A stretch of DNA of 51,262 bases from an uncultured Desulfovibrio sp. (GTDB taxonomy: Bacteria > Desulfobacterota > Desulfovibrionia > Desulfovibrionales > Desulfovibrionaceae). Both the position numbers and the translations under genes were made by a program. The notes under the pieces were generated by a model that worked only from the letters and a program-made list of their open reading frames with translations, had not been told where the DNA came from and ran no database searches. Positions 20,500 through 30,550 of this stretch are shown here, one piece after another; the stretch's first letter is position 1; every line of letters begins with the position of its first letter. The stretch covers positions 1-51,262 of the forward strand of contig CAZWOT010000001.1 of NCBI GenBank assembly GCA_964635595.1, written 5' to 3'.

Positions 20500-21581
20500 T
20501 ACTTGCCCTCCACGTCGCAGGACCGCTCTTCCATGGCCTTTGTCATGGCGATACGGGCGTTCTCGGCCGCTTCCCTGCCCTGCTCGCGCTCGATGAGCTC
20601 GACCGCGCAGTCAACGGCCTTCTGGCGCTCTTCCGCGGCCATCTTCAGGGCGTTGGCCCGGTTGATGGCCTCGCGGCGCTTGCTCATGCCGTAGGCGCCG
20701 CCGAAGATGACCGGCCAGAAGGAGATGATCATTGGCACGGTGCCGAGGGCGCCGTAGGTGAGCTCGCCCATGGGCTGGGTGCCGTGATCTGTCTCGAGGC
20801 CAACCTTGGCCATGAGGGGACCCGCCTCGTGGGCGTTGTTGGTCGGGATCTGGGCGGCGCCCTTGGGCTTGGGCATGATGACCATCCAGGCCGTGCCGCC
20901 GGCGTCGTTCTCGCCGTAGACGTAGTCCACGTACTTGTCAGGGTTCTCGTCGATGCGCTTGTGGGCAAGCTTGATGAGGTCGGACCTGCGCCCGAAGGTC
21001 AGGGCGTCCATGGGGCACTCCTCGACGCAGCCGGGAAGCAGGCCCTCTTTCAGGCGTTCGGAGCAGAAGGTGCACTTCTTGATCAGCGGATCGAAGGCTT
21101 CCTGGTACTCGAAGGTCGGGATGTAGAAGGGGCAGGCCACCATGCAGTACCGGCAGCCCACGCACTGATCGCCGTTGTAGGTCACCGAGCCGTCAGGGTT
21201 CTTCGTGTAGCACTTGGTGAAGCACGAGGAGGCGCAGGCGGGATCGGAGCAGTGGAAGCACTGGATCTTGCGGAAGACAAACTCGTTGTCCCCGAGGTCA
21301 TAGCGGTTGACCACGGTCCACTCGCCGGGAGTGGTGCGGCGTTTCGTGAAGGTCGCGGTGTGGTCGTCGAAGGGGTGTCTCGGCTCGGGCAGGTTGTTCA
21401 CCTTGTTGCAGCCGTACTCGCAACGGCGGCAGCCGATGCAGCGGCTCACGTCATGCAACACGCCGTAGCCCTTGTCGTAGTAGGGGAAGGTGTGCAGGCC
21501 GGCCTCGGCCTTCTTGGCGCAGCCAACGGCCGACACCACGCCGGCGGTCCCCATGAGGGTCAAAAACTTTCTGCGGTTCAT
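20499..21581 (-). CDS. nhcB: Tat-exported 4x[4Fe-4S] protein (HybA/HmcB-like)
   Basis: Tat signal NRRKFL, CIGCRRC, CFHC..PAC, CVGCRYC..ACP, KCTFC, C-terminal TM helix. Confidence 0.9.
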   Translation of the reverse strand: MNRRKFLTLMGTAGVVSAVGCAKKAEAGLHTFPYYDKGYGVLHDVSRCIGCRRCEYGCNKVNNLPEPRHPFDDHTATFTKRRTTPGEWTVVNRYDLGDNEFVFRKIQCFHCSDPACASSCFTKCYTKNPDGSVTYNGDQCVGCRYCMVACPFYIPTFEYQEAFDPLIKKCTFCSERLKEGLLPGCVEECPMDALTFGRRSDLIKLAHKRIDENPDKYVDYVYGENDAGGTAWMVIMPKPKGAAQIPTNNAHEAGPLMAKVGLETDHGTQPMGELTYGALGTVPMIISFWPVIFGGAYGMSKRREAINRANALKMAAEERQKAVDCAVELIEREQGREAAENARIAMTKAMEERSCDVEGK

Positions 21582-21590
21582 ACGGCTCTC

Positions 21591-22568
21591 CTACTCGGCC
21601 GGGACTGCCTTGTGGCAGGCGACGCAGTTGGTTGCCTCGGGCCGGTACACGTTCATGGCCTTGTGGCAGCCGATGCAGTTCAAGTGATACGCGGCCTTGA
21701 GGGTCGGGCGACCCGGGTTCTCCGGATCGATGGTTTCCGTATGGCAGCTGCCGCACTTGGGCGGCGTCATGGAGAGCGGACTGTTGTGGTGGCAGGTGGC
21801 GCACATGACTTCGGGCTGATAGTGGAACGCGGCGGCCAGCTGGTCGTCCTTGATGCGGTCCACAAGGCTCGCCACGTGCCTGCGGTGCGCGAAGAGGTGC
21901 GGCTGGTACTCCTTGGCGAGGGTGTCGATGACGACCTTGGTGGGCGCGAAGTAGGCCGGGTACGTCGTCTTCACCTTCTCGGCGCGGGCGGTCACCACTT
22001 CGGCGGCGAGCTCGAGGTTCTCCTCGGCCGTCATGGAGCCGACGGTGCCCCTGGCAAGCTGATCTGGGGTCACGTCCGCGGCGTGGCAGACGTTGCACCA
22101 CATCTCGTCGCGCCTGGGCGTCACGAGCGTGGCGTGGCAGCCGGCGCACTCGTTCTTCTGGTAGCGCTCGGCGTGGCAGCTCACGCAGCTCACAGGGGTG
22201 TTGCCCTTCTCTCTCGGGGCAATGTTGGTGGCGTGCATGGAGCGTTCAAGGGTAATTCCGTTGCTGTCGGGGCTGCCGGAAAGGGTGTGGCAGTCCGAGC
22301 AGGACTGGGGATCGCCCGTGTGGTGACAGGTGGTGCAGTCCTCGACGGCCCGCTCGTGGATCAGGTGGTTGAACACGGCGGGTTTCATGCTGCCGACTGC
22401 GGCCTTGCCGTCACCGGTGACGGGGAACATGACCACGGCCGAGGGCGCGCCCGAATCTGTCTCTTCCAGTTCTGCTGCCCCGGCAGCGCCGGTACACCAG
22501 ACGAAGAGGCACAAGGTACACGCAACGGCCTTCAGGGTCTGCGTTAGCAGTGCCTTACCATTCCTCAT
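21591..22568 (-). CDS. nhcA: Nine-heme cytochrome c
   Basis: Signal peptide and exactly nine CxxCH motifs (CTTCH, CSDCH, CVSCH, CAGCH, CNVCH, CATCH, CGSCH, CIGCH, CVACH). Confidence 0.93.
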   Translation of the reverse strand: MRNGKALLTQTLKAVACTLCLFVWCTGAAGAAELEETDSGAPSAVVMFPVTGDGKAAVGSMKPAVFNHLIHERAVEDCTTCHHTGDPQSCSDCHTLSGSPDSNGITLERSMHATNIAPREKGNTPVSCVSCHAERYQKNECAGCHATLVTPRRDEMWCNVCHAADVTPDQLARGTVGSMTAEENLELAAEVVTARAEKVKTTYPAYFAPTKVVIDTLAKEYQPHLFAHRRHVASLVDRIKDDQLAAAFHYQPEVMCATCHHNSPLSMTPPKCGSCHTETIDPENPGRPTLKAAYHLNCIGCHKAMNVYRPEATNCVACHKAVPAE

Positions 22569-22661
22569 ATGAACATCCTTTGCATATGCGGTTTTTCCCG
22601 AAAGAGCCCGCCGAAGGGCGGGCCCCCGCCCCGTCAAGGGCGGTCGCATACTCCTCGTTTC

Positions 22662-22690
22662 ACATTAAACAATAATTCAGGAGGGGTCAA
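22662..22690 (-). promoter_or_regulatory. Candidate sigma-70 promoter of the nhc operon
   Basis: Minus strand TTGACC-N17-TAATGT in an AT-rich region ~95 bp upstream of nhcA. Confidence 0.55.
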
Positions 22691-22941
22691 TACGGGTTGA
22701 AAATACAAGCGAGTTTCTTTGAATATATAAAACTTCGCGATTGTTGACGAATTTTGCAAAGTTTCTCCCGTCGCCCCGTCGGCCGCACCCCGCGTGATAC
22801 GGGATTGTCGGGGCAATTCCGCGATTTGAGGCGGAAAGAGAAAAATTTCATTTTTGCCCGGCCCAAGGTTTGATGTTCGTATTTTGTTGGTATATCTCAT
22901 GCAGATGCCTCATGCACTTTGGCAAGGTTCCTTGTTCTTCT

Positions 22942-22961
22942 TTGAGGAAAATTTTCACAAA
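22942..22961. promoter_or_regulatory. Candidate Rex operator
   Basis: TTGAGGAAAATTTTCACAAA, 15/20 match to TTTGTGAAATATTTCACAAA with an intact right half-site. Confidence 0.35.
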
Positions 22962-23266
22962 ACTTGTTTCTCAGGACGGATCTCGCTTGCAGTTTCTTCT
23001 CTTTCATTGGAAAGTAAAAGGCAAATCTGCTTGTATGGGCGGCCGCTCCCGGCGACATTGCTTGTTTCGTGTCCTGCGAGGGCATGCCGCTTGCCAATGG
23101 AACGAAATGGGTTCATCAAAAGCGCGGGAATTGGACACGAAATTGCGGACTTCCTTGCAATCGGGGCACGCGACATGAAGAACAGCACGAAAAGACGCGG
23201 CAAGGCCGGGACAGCCGGGGCTGCCGCATGGGCAAGTTCGGACGCTGCAGCAGGTCCGGGGAGTGC

Positions 23267-24064
23267 ATGATGAACATTGATCCGGCCATGGCCGCCGTCT
23301 TCGAGCCCACACTGGCGCTTGTTCTCTTCTGTGCTGCGGCCGCCTTCGTGGCAGGCTTCATCGACAGCATCGCCGGCGGAGGCGGCCTCATAACCCTGCC
23401 TGCCCTCATGGTGGCAGGGGTTCCCACCTACAACGTGCTCGGCACCAACAAGTTCCAGGCGGCCCTCGGCACGGGCGTGGCGCTTGGGGTCTTTGCCCGC
23501 GGCCACTACGTGCTCTGGCGGATCGCGCTTGTCTCGCTCCCCTTCTGCCTTGTGGGGGCTGCGGCCGGCTCGAGGCTTGCGCTGGCCATCGACGAGGCGC
23601 TCCTCCACAAGATACTGGTCGCTCTCCTGCCGCTTGCCATGGTGGTGACCCTGCTGCCGAAAAAGGAGCGCAGGGCAGACGACGAGGCCCTGCACCACGT
23701 GGCCTTCAAGGTGCTCCTGCCGATCTTGAGCTTTGTGCTGGGGCTCTACGACGGCTTCTTCGGCCCAGGCACGGGCAGCTTCATCATCATGGCCTTCCAC
23801 TGGATATTGCGTCTCGGGCTTGTGGAGTCCTCGGCCACGGCCAAGGTTCTCAACCTTGCCTCCAACGTGGGGGCGCTTGTGGTCTTTCTTGTGGGAGGAC
23901 AGGTGCTGTGGGTTCTGGCCATTCCCATGGCCGCGGCCTCCATCACCGGCAACGCCCTGGGCAGCCGGCTTGCCATACGCCTCGGGGCAAAGGCAGTGCG
24001 GCGCTTTCTCGTGGTGAGCCTGGTGCTGTTGTTCGCAACGCTCGTCTACCGCACGTTCTTCTAG
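23267..24064 (+). CDS. TSUP (TauE/SafE, YfcA-like) membrane transporter
   Basis: AGFIDSIAGGGGLITLPAL, GTNK, GLYDGFFGPGTGSF. Confidence 0.9.
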   Translation: MMNIDPAMAAVFEPTLALVLFCAAAAFVAGFIDSIAGGGGLITLPALMVAGVPTYNVLGTNKFQAALGTGVALGVFARGHYVLWRIALVSLPFCLVGAAAGSRLALAIDEALLHKILVALLPLAMVVTLLPKKERRADDEALHHVAFKVLLPILSFVLGLYDGFFGPGTGSFIIMAFHWILRLGLVESSATAKVLNLASNVGALVVFLVGGQVLWVLAIPMAAASITGNALGSRLAIRLGAKAVRRFLVVSLVLLFATLVYRTFF

Positions 24065-24182
24065 CGTTTCCTTTTTTTTCCGGCACGCCTTTTCCCGGGA
24101 CGCCTCTTGCCAGCGCACGCTTGCCTGACGAAAACGTCCCTTGGGGCCGGACGCATTCTGCCGGCCCCGACATCGGGCCCGA

Positions 24183-24795
24183 TCAGGCGTGTTCCTGTTC
24201 CTTTGGCGCGTCCACGGAGAGGTACTCGCCCGTCCTTTCGTCGTATTCGAGCAGGGTGCAGGTGGCCAGATCGTAGAGCATGGCGCGGATCTTGAGCGTG
24301 CCTTCGGCCATGCCCTTCTGCACCCAGGGGTATCTGGCGAGATTGGCAAGGGACCAGACAGGGGTTTGGCGCTCGCAAAAGCGGACCTTTTCGGCCCGTT
24401 CCATATTGGGGTCGGCAAGCCTTTCGAGCACCGGGTTCGCAAGGCCTGTCCAGTCCGCCAGGGGGAGCTTTTCCGGGCCGTCCACAAGGGCGTTGATGCC
24501 GCCGCAGCCCGTGTGCCCTAGGACCACCAGATCGCGCACCTTCAAGACCTCCACGGCATACCAAGTCGCGGCGCGGATGCAGGCCGAGGCGGCCGAGCCA
24601 AAGTCGGGGACGAGCGAGGCTATGGCCCGGTGCACGAAGATGTCGCCGGGCCTGGCTGGTCTTGAGGGCCTCGAAGCGGTCGTGGTCCCCGCTCATCACC
24701 CAGTCGTCGAATCCGTCAACCCCACATAGAAATCACAAGAACCGGAAATTGTGCTTCAGGGTGTCGAAGGGCGTCGCGATGACGGGCCTTGGCAT
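24183..24795 (-). pseudogene. Beta-class carbonic anhydrase pseudogene
   Basis: C-terminal half has PGDIFVHR...YAVEVLKV..LVVLGHTGCGG...NLARYPWV. N-terminal part has an in-frame TGA (24733-24735) and a frameshift at ~24651 where the CxDxR segment is absent. Confidence 0.75.
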
Positions 24796-24902
24796 GGGTC
24801 CTGGTGCTCCCTGTGTAGCCGTGCCCGGAAAGAGGGCAGGCGCTGGTCTTGTGTGCGTGCGTGAGTGCTGCTTTGATAGAGCCGGAGGGGCGTGGGCATG
24901 CC

Positions 24903-25886
24903 CTATTGGATCTTCCTGCCGGCCCAAAAGGCTTCGTGGGCGGCAAGGGCGGCGGCAAGATCGTCCGCACCAATCCACGTTGCACAGGGCCTTCCGCGAA
25001 ACCAGGTGATCTGGCGCTTGGCGTAGGCCCGTGTGTTTTTGACCCAAAGCTCGCGGGCCTCTTCGAGGGACAGGCGTCCCAGGATGAACTGGCACATCTC
25101 CCGGCAGCCAATGCCGCTCCAGCCTGGCGCCTTCTCGTCGGGGCAGCGCTGCCAGGCGGCCCTGGCCTCCTCGATGCCGCCCAGGGCAATCATCTTGTCA
25201 ATGCGGGCGGCAAGCCTTGGCTCGAGAACGCCAAGCTTCGTGTCCACCACCAGAAGGGCTCCCTCGCACAAAGCCTGCGTGTGCCCCTCCCGCTGCCACA
25301 GGGTGAGGGGGCGCCCCGTGCCAAGGGCAACCTCGAGCCCGCGCACGATGCGCTGGCGGTCGTTTGGATGGAGGCGGGCCGCAAGCTCTGGGTCGAGGGT
25401 TTTCAGCTCCATGTGAAGGGCAGGGGAGCCCTCACTTTGCACCCGCTCCTCGAGGCGGTCGTGGAGGTCCTTCGGAATGTCCGGCACGTCGGCAATGCCG
25501 CGCAGGAGCCGCTCGAAATACATGCCCGTGCCGCCGACAAAGACGGGAAGGCGGCCCCGCTCCGCTATCTCGCGGGCCTTTGCGACTGCCTTCGAAAGCC
25601 ACTTCTGCACGTCGATGTGATCGGAAGTTGCCAGATAGCCGTAGAGGTGGTGGCAGGCTTGCGCAAGCTCCTCCCTGTCCGGTTGGGCCGTCAGGATGGG
25701 AAAGGCCGCGTAGACCTGGCGCGAGTCGGCATTGACGATCTCGCCGTCGAGCTCGTGCGCAAGCCGTATGGCAAGAGCCGTCTTGCCGGCGCCCGTGGGG
25801 CCGGCAAGGCAGAGAACCCGGAGCTTTTGGGCCGTCCTGTCCTTTTCGGCCGCGCGCTCCTTCTCCCGCGAGCCGCCCTCGCTCAA
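24903..25886 (-). CDS. miaA: tRNA dimethylallyltransferase
   Basis: GPTGAGKT, NADSRQVY, VGGTGMY, HPNDRQRIVR, TRAYAKRQITWF. Probable TTG start overlapping the coaD stop. Confidence 0.95.
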   Translation of the reverse strand: MSEGGSREKERAAEKDRTAQKLRVLCLAGPTGAGKTALAIRLAHELDGEIVNADSRQVYAAFPILTAQPDREELAQACHHLYGYLATSDHIDVQKWLSKAVAKAREIAERGRLPVFVGGTGMYFERLLRGIADVPDIPKDLHDRLEERVQSEGSPALHMELKTLDPELAARLHPNDRQRIVRGLEVALGTGRPLTLWQREGHTQALCEGALLVVDTKLGVLEPRLAARIDKMIALGGIEEARAAWQRCPDEKAPGWSGIGCREMCQFILGRLSLEEARELWVKNTRAYAKRQITWFRGRPCATWIGADDLAAALAAHEAFWAGRKIQ

Positions 25887-27115
25887 GACGACGACTCCGT
25901 GTCCGGCCTGGCCGTGCCGGCCGTGGGCCCCGAGCCGTTGTTTTTGGCATAGCCCTGCAGGGGCGCGCCAAGACAGGGGGTGCTCGGGTTCAGGGAGTTG
26001 CCGCGATAGAGCGAAACCATGACGTCGCGCACGTTGTCCGGCACAAGGCCGTCGATGGAGCCGCCGTGGCTCACCGCGGCCTTGATGATGGAGGAGCTCA
26101 CGTACAGCCAGCGGTAGTCGGTCATGAAGAAGACGGTCTGGATGTCGCGGCGCAGGCGCCGGTTCATGAGGGCCAGCTGGAACTCGTACTCGAAGTCGCC
26201 CGTGGCGCGCAGGCCGCGCAGGATGGCGCAGGCCCCGTGCTCGTGGGCAAAGTCCACGGTCAGGTTGTTGTAGGGCAGCACCGTCACCCTGTCCCGCTGC
26301 TCGTGCAGGGTTTCCTCGAGGAAGCGCACGCGCTCCTCCAGGCTGAAGAGCGGGTGCTTGCCCGCGTTTTCCGCCACCGCGACCACGATATGGTCGAAGA
26401 CCTTGAGGGCGCGGCGGATGATGCTCAAGTGCCCGTTGGTCACGGGATCGAAGGTGCCGGGGTAGATGGCCGTGCGGGAGATGCCGGGACGGGCCAGAAG
26501 CTCCTGGTCGGCTTTCGAGAGAACGGGGGCTGCCGGCTGCACGAGCCTGGCCTCGCCTTGAGCGGGCATGATCAGACTGTTGCCGGCAAAGCCGCCCAGG
26601 GGCGGGGCGAGGCAGGGGGTTCCGGGAACGCCCGCGCCGGAGCGGAAGGTTTCCGCCAGGCGTTCGGCCACGTTGTCCGGCACAAGGCCGTGGATGTTGC
26701 CGCCGTGGCTTGCGGCCCCCTTGATGATGGTGGAGCTGATGAAGAGCCACCGGTAGTCGGTGATGAGAAAGACCGTCTCCACGTGGCGGTTGAGGCGGCG
26801 GTTCATGAGGGCCAGCTGAAATTCCGACTCGAAGTCGGACACGGCCCGCATGCCGCGCAAAATGGCGTGGCAGCCGCGCTCGGCGGCATAGCCTATGGTG
26901 AGTCCCGTGAAGGGCACCACCTCCACGTTGTCGAGATCGGCAAGGGCTGCGCGCATGAGCTCCACCCGCTCCTCCTGGCTGTAGAGGGGCGGTTTGGGCG
27001 TGCGGTCGGCCACGGCCACGATGATGTGGTCGAAGATCTGGCTGCCGCGGCGGATGAGGCTCACGTGGCCGTTGGTGACGGGATCGAAGGTTCCGGGATA
27101 GAGGGCTGTGCGCAT
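25883..27115 (-). CDS. coaD: Phosphopantetheine adenylyltransferase with two tandem PPAT domains
   Basis: Two copies of YPGTFDPVTNGH...RG(M/L)R...DFE(S/Y)EFQLALMNRRL...SS in one ORF. Usual rsmD-coaD-miaA context. Confidence 0.92.
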   Translation of the reverse strand: MRTALYPGTFDPVTNGHVSLIRRGSQIFDHIIVAVADRTPKPPLYSQEERVELMRAALADLDNVEVVPFTGLTIGYAAERGCHAILRGMRAVSDFESEFQLALMNRRLNRHVETVFLITDYRWLFISSTIIKGAASHGGNIHGLVPDNVAERLAETFRSGAGVPGTPCLAPPLGGFAGNSLIMPAQGEARLVQPAAPVLSKADQELLARPGISRTAIYPGTFDPVTNGHLSIIRRALKVFDHIVVAVAENAGKHPLFSLEERVRFLEETLHEQRDRVTVLPYNNLTVDFAHEHGACAILRGLRATGDFEYEFQLALMNRRLRRDIQTVFFMTDYRWLYVSSSIIKAAVSHGGSIDGLVPDNVRDVMVSLYRGNSLNPSTPCLGAPLQGYAKNNGSGPTAGTARPDTESSS

Positions 27116-27277
27116 GACGGGCGGGACGGACCGATGTGGAAACGGAGGGAAAAGAACAGAAGCGAAAGAACAGGTGCGACTGGACAGTTGAGAAGAGACA
27201 GTTGGAAAGAGCCCGCCCATGAAGCGGACTTCGTGACCTTGGGCAGTTTCGGGTGCCTTTGGGGGCCGAGAGCCTTT

Positions 27278-27859
27278 TTACGCCTCCTCGCTGTCCCGCA
27301 TGCGGGCGAGCAGAAGCGTGGTCTGGCCGAAGTCGCGGGTGGTGACGGTCTCGAGCTCGTCCGGAAGGTCGATCTTCAGGCCTTCCTCCACCTCCACGGC
27401 GAGAAAGGCGCCCCTGGCGAGCCAGCCGCAGGCAACGAGGGCGTCGATGGAGCTCTGGGTGAAGTTTTTGCGGTAGGGCGGGTCCAGAAAGACGAGGTCG
27501 AAGGGTCCAGCCACGCTGCGATCGGCGCCCTTGACGCGGCGCAGAAGCATGGGGACGCTTTCTTCCACAAGCCTTGCCCTGCCGGCAAGTCCCAGGTTCT
27601 CGATGTTCGTTCGTATGCAGCGGCAGGCCCGATGATCGAGCTCCACCATGTAGGCCACCTGGGCCCCGCGGCTCAAGCTCTCGAAGGCCAGGGAGCCCGA
27701 GCCAGCGAAGAGATCGAGAACCCGCAGGCCCTCCCAGTCGAGGCGGTGGGAGAGGATGGAGAAGAGCGATTCGCGCACCTTGGCCATGGCGGGGCGGTAG
27801 CCCTCGCCCTCCACGGTGGAGAGCCTGCGCGAGCGCAAGGTTCCTGCAATAATGCGCAT
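27278..27859 (-). CDS. rsmD: 16S rRNA m2G966 methyltransferase
   Basis: MRIIAG, VRESLF, LDLFAGSG, FLDPPY. Confidence 0.95.
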   Translation of the reverse strand: MRIIAGTLRSRRLSTVEGEGYRPAMAKVRESLFSILSHRLDWEGLRVLDLFAGSGSLAFESLSRGAQVAYMVELDHRACRCIRTNIENLGLAGRARLVEESVPMLLRRVKGADRSVAGPFDLVFLDPPYRKNFTQSSIDALVACGWLARGAFLAVEVEEGLKIDLPDELETVTTRDFGQTTLLLARMRDSEEA

Positions 27860-27863
27860 GCCG

Positions 27864-29474
27864 CTATATCCTCGAGAGCAGGCGGGTCATGGCGTAGTCC
27901 ATCTTGGCGAGAGCCTCCTGCAGGGTGGTCTGGTATTCCCAGGGCTGCGAGTCGATGTCCTGGAGCTTGTCCTTGAAAAGGGCCCACTTGCGGTCGAGCT
28001 CGCCGGTGAGGAAGTCCCAGTTGACCTTGGGGTAGCCCTGGACGGTGTTGAGCTGGATGTCCTCCACCTCGCGTCCCTGCAGGGTCATTTCCTCGAGGTG
28101 CCCCGGGATCATGGACTCGAGGCCGTAGCGCTCCTTGATGAGGCCGGCAAGGATGTTCTGGGCCTTGAGCTCGCCGTGCACGAGCACCACCTGCGGCTTT
28201 GAAGGCGCAAGGGGCGCCAGCCACTCGAGCAGCTGGGACTGGCCCGCGTGGGCCGAGAAGGAGTTGATGAAGTAGAGCTTGGCCTTGATCTCCATGTCCT
28301 CGCCGAAGAGGGTGAGCTTCTTGGCTCCGTCCACGATGCTGCGGCCGGGGGTGCCCACGGCCTGGTAGCCCACGAAGACGATGCTTGCTCCCGGGCGCCA
28401 GATGTTGTGCTTCAGATGGTGCTTGATGCGCCCGGCGTTGCACATGCCCGAGGCCGAGATGACGATGGCGGGCTTGTCGTAGGTGTTGATGCTCTCCGAT
28501 TCCTGGCGCGAGAGCGTGTAGCGCAGGTTGGGAAGCTCGAAGGGGTCCTCTCCCTGGTTCAGGAGCGCCAGGGCGTCGTCGTCCAGAAGCTCCCTGTGGT
28601 GGCGGAAAACTTCGGTTGCGCGGATGGCGAGCGGCGAGTCCACGAACACGGCCATGTCCTCGGGGAGCTTGCCCTGCTTGTTGAGCTCGTGCAGGCAGTA
28701 GAGGATTTCCTGGGTGCGCTCCACGGCAAAGGCCGGGATGATGACCTTCTGGCCGCGGGCGTGGCTGTATTCGATGGCCTTGGCAAGCTCGTCGTTTGAG
28801 GTCTCGGCGCTCTTGTGGTCGCGGTCGCCGTAGGTGGACTCCATGAAGACGTAGTCCGCGGCCGGCGGCGTCTCGGGATCGCGCACGATGAGGGCCTGCG
28901 GGCGGCCGATGTCGCCCGAAAAGATGATGGATGTGGTCTTGCCGTCCTCCTCGACCTCGAGGCGGATGGAGGACGAGCCAAGAATGTGCCCTGCCTCGTA
29001 GAAGACGGCACGGATGCCCGGGGCGGGTCTCAGCTCCTCGCCAAGGGGCACGGTCTGCACGAGCTTGGCCGTGTTCTGGGCGTCTTCGGTGGTGTAGAGG
29101 GCCTCGGGCGGATTCTTGAGGCCGCGGCGCGCGTACTTCTTGGCCTCGAAGAGGGCCTCCATCTCCTGGATGTGGGCGCTGTCCTCGAGCATGAGGGAAA
29201 TGAGGTCCGCCGTGGCGGGGGTGCAGTAGATGTCGCCCTTGAAGCCCTGCTTCACCAGCATGGGCAAAAGCCCCGAGTGGTCGATGTGGGCGTGGGTGAG
29301 CAGCACGAAGTCGATGCGTTCGGCCTCGTAGACGGACGCGTCGCGGTTGCGGGCCTCCATGGCCTTGTTGCCCTGATGCATGCCGCAGTCCACGCAAAAA
29401 CGCCGGCCGCAGGCCTCGATTACGAAGCAGGAACCGGTCACGGTCTGGGCGGCGCCGAGAAATTGTACGCGCAT
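27864..29474 (-). CDS. MBL-fold beta-CASP ribonuclease-type protein
   Basis: GAAQTVTGS, THAHIDHSG, AGHILGS, MESTYGDR, ASGMC..GRI.HH, FSAHA. Confidence 0.92.
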   Translation of the reverse strand: MRVQFLGAAQTVTGSCFVIEACGRRFCVDCGMHQGNKAMEARNRDASVYEAERIDFVLLTHAHIDHSGLLPMLVKQGFKGDIYCTPATADLISLMLEDSAHIQEMEALFEAKKYARRGLKNPPEALYTTEDAQNTAKLVQTVPLGEELRPAPGIRAVFYEAGHILGSSSIRLEVEEDGKTTSIIFSGDIGRPQALIVRDPETPPAADYVFMESTYGDRDHKSAETSNDELAKAIEYSHARGQKVIIPAFAVERTQEILYCLHELNKQGKLPEDMAVFVDSPLAIRATEVFRHHRELLDDDALALLNQGEDPFELPNLRYTLSRQESESINTYDKPAIVISASGMCNAGRIKHHLKHNIWRPGASIVFVGYQAVGTPGRSIVDGAKKLTLFGEDMEIKAKLYFINSFSAHAGQSQLLEWLAPLAPSKPQVVLVHGELKAQNILAGLIKERYGLESMIPGHLEEMTLQGREVEDIQLNTVQGYPKVNWDFLTGELDRKWALFKDKLQDIDSQPWEYQTTLQEALAKMDYAMTRLLSRI

Positions 29475-29880
29475 GCGATTCTCCTGATATTGTGCCCCGG
29501 GGCGTGTTCCGGGACTTGCGGGGAGCGTCCTTGAAAACATCTGTGCCGTTGGGCCCCTTGTGGTCCTTGCGTAATGCAGGTTCAGATCGCGCGGAATCGG
29601 GCGCCTGGCACAGCTTCCAACCCTATCAGGCGTACGCGAAAAAGAGAAGGGGAGAAGCACGTCGCGGCTTGCCCCCAAGGCGGTCCTGCCGACCGATTTC
29701 ATGGGCATGCCACGGCTTGACGATGCGTGAAGGAATGGGCAAAAACGGGGAGTTCCAAATTCAACAACCGACGCGAGGGAAGCGGTCCCCAGGGAAACTT
29801 CTTCAAGGACAAGGAACGCGCGGAAAGAAGCGTCCGCGCAAATGCATGAACGCTCCCCTCGAAGCCCCACGGAGGAAGGC

Positions 29881-30546
29881 ATGCCCGAAGTCTCGCAGAA
29901 CATCATCGACGATCTCCATAACGTGACCACCGAGTCCTGGCGCACCCTGCGCATCATGGCCGAGACCGTCACCGCCCTCGACACCCTGAATGCGGTCTCC
30001 CACAACTGCATCTCCATCTTCGGCTCCGCCCGCGTGACCCCTGACCGCAAGGAGTACAAGGATACCGTGGAGGTGGCCAGGGGCCTTGCGAAGGCCGGCT
30101 TCGGCATCATCACCGGCGGCGGCCCCGGCATCATGGAAGCCGGCAACAAGGGCGCGGTGGAAGGCGGCGGGCCCTCCATCGGCCTGTCCATCGAGCTTCC
30201 CCACGAACAGGCCACCAACGAGTATGTGCGCATCCACTGCAAGTTCCGCTACTTCTTCGTGCGCAAGCTCATGTTCGTGAAGTACGCCAAGGCCTACGTG
30301 GCCATGCCCGGCGGCATGGGCACAGTGGACGAGCTCTCCGAGGCCTTCGTGCTGGCCCAGACCAAGCGCATCAAGCCCTTCCCCATCGTGCTCTACAACG
30401 CCTCCTTCTGGGGCGGCTTCGTGGACTGGCTCAAGTCGACCATGTGCGACGGCAAGTTCATCGACAAGGAGGAGATAGACCGCCTCCTCATCTTCTGCAA
30501 CACGCCGGACGAGGTGGTCTCGACGCTCACCCGCTACACCTTCTAG
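29881..30546 (+). CDS. LOG-family (TIGR00730) nucleotide phosphoribohydrolase
   Basis: SIFGSAR, TGGGPGIMEA, YFFVRKLMF, PGGMGTVDE. Confidence 0.92.
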   Translation: MPEVSQNIIDDLHNVTTESWRTLRIMAETVTALDTLNAVSHNCISIFGSARVTPDRKEYKDTVEVARGLAKAGFGIITGGGPGIMEAGNKGAVEGGGPSIGLSIELPHEQATNEYVRIHCKFRYFFVRKLMFVKYAKAYVAMPGGMGTVDELSEAFVLAQTKRIKPFPIVLYNASFWGGFVDWLKSTMCDGKFIDKEEIDRLLIFCNTPDEVVSTLTRYTF

Positions 30547-30550
30547 GCCC

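Noticed and set aside
24733-24735. Selenocysteine TGA in the carbonic anhydrase (selA is in the window)
   Set aside because: The TGA is not at a conserved Cys position, no clear SECIS hairpin follows, and the gene has a second independent lesion.
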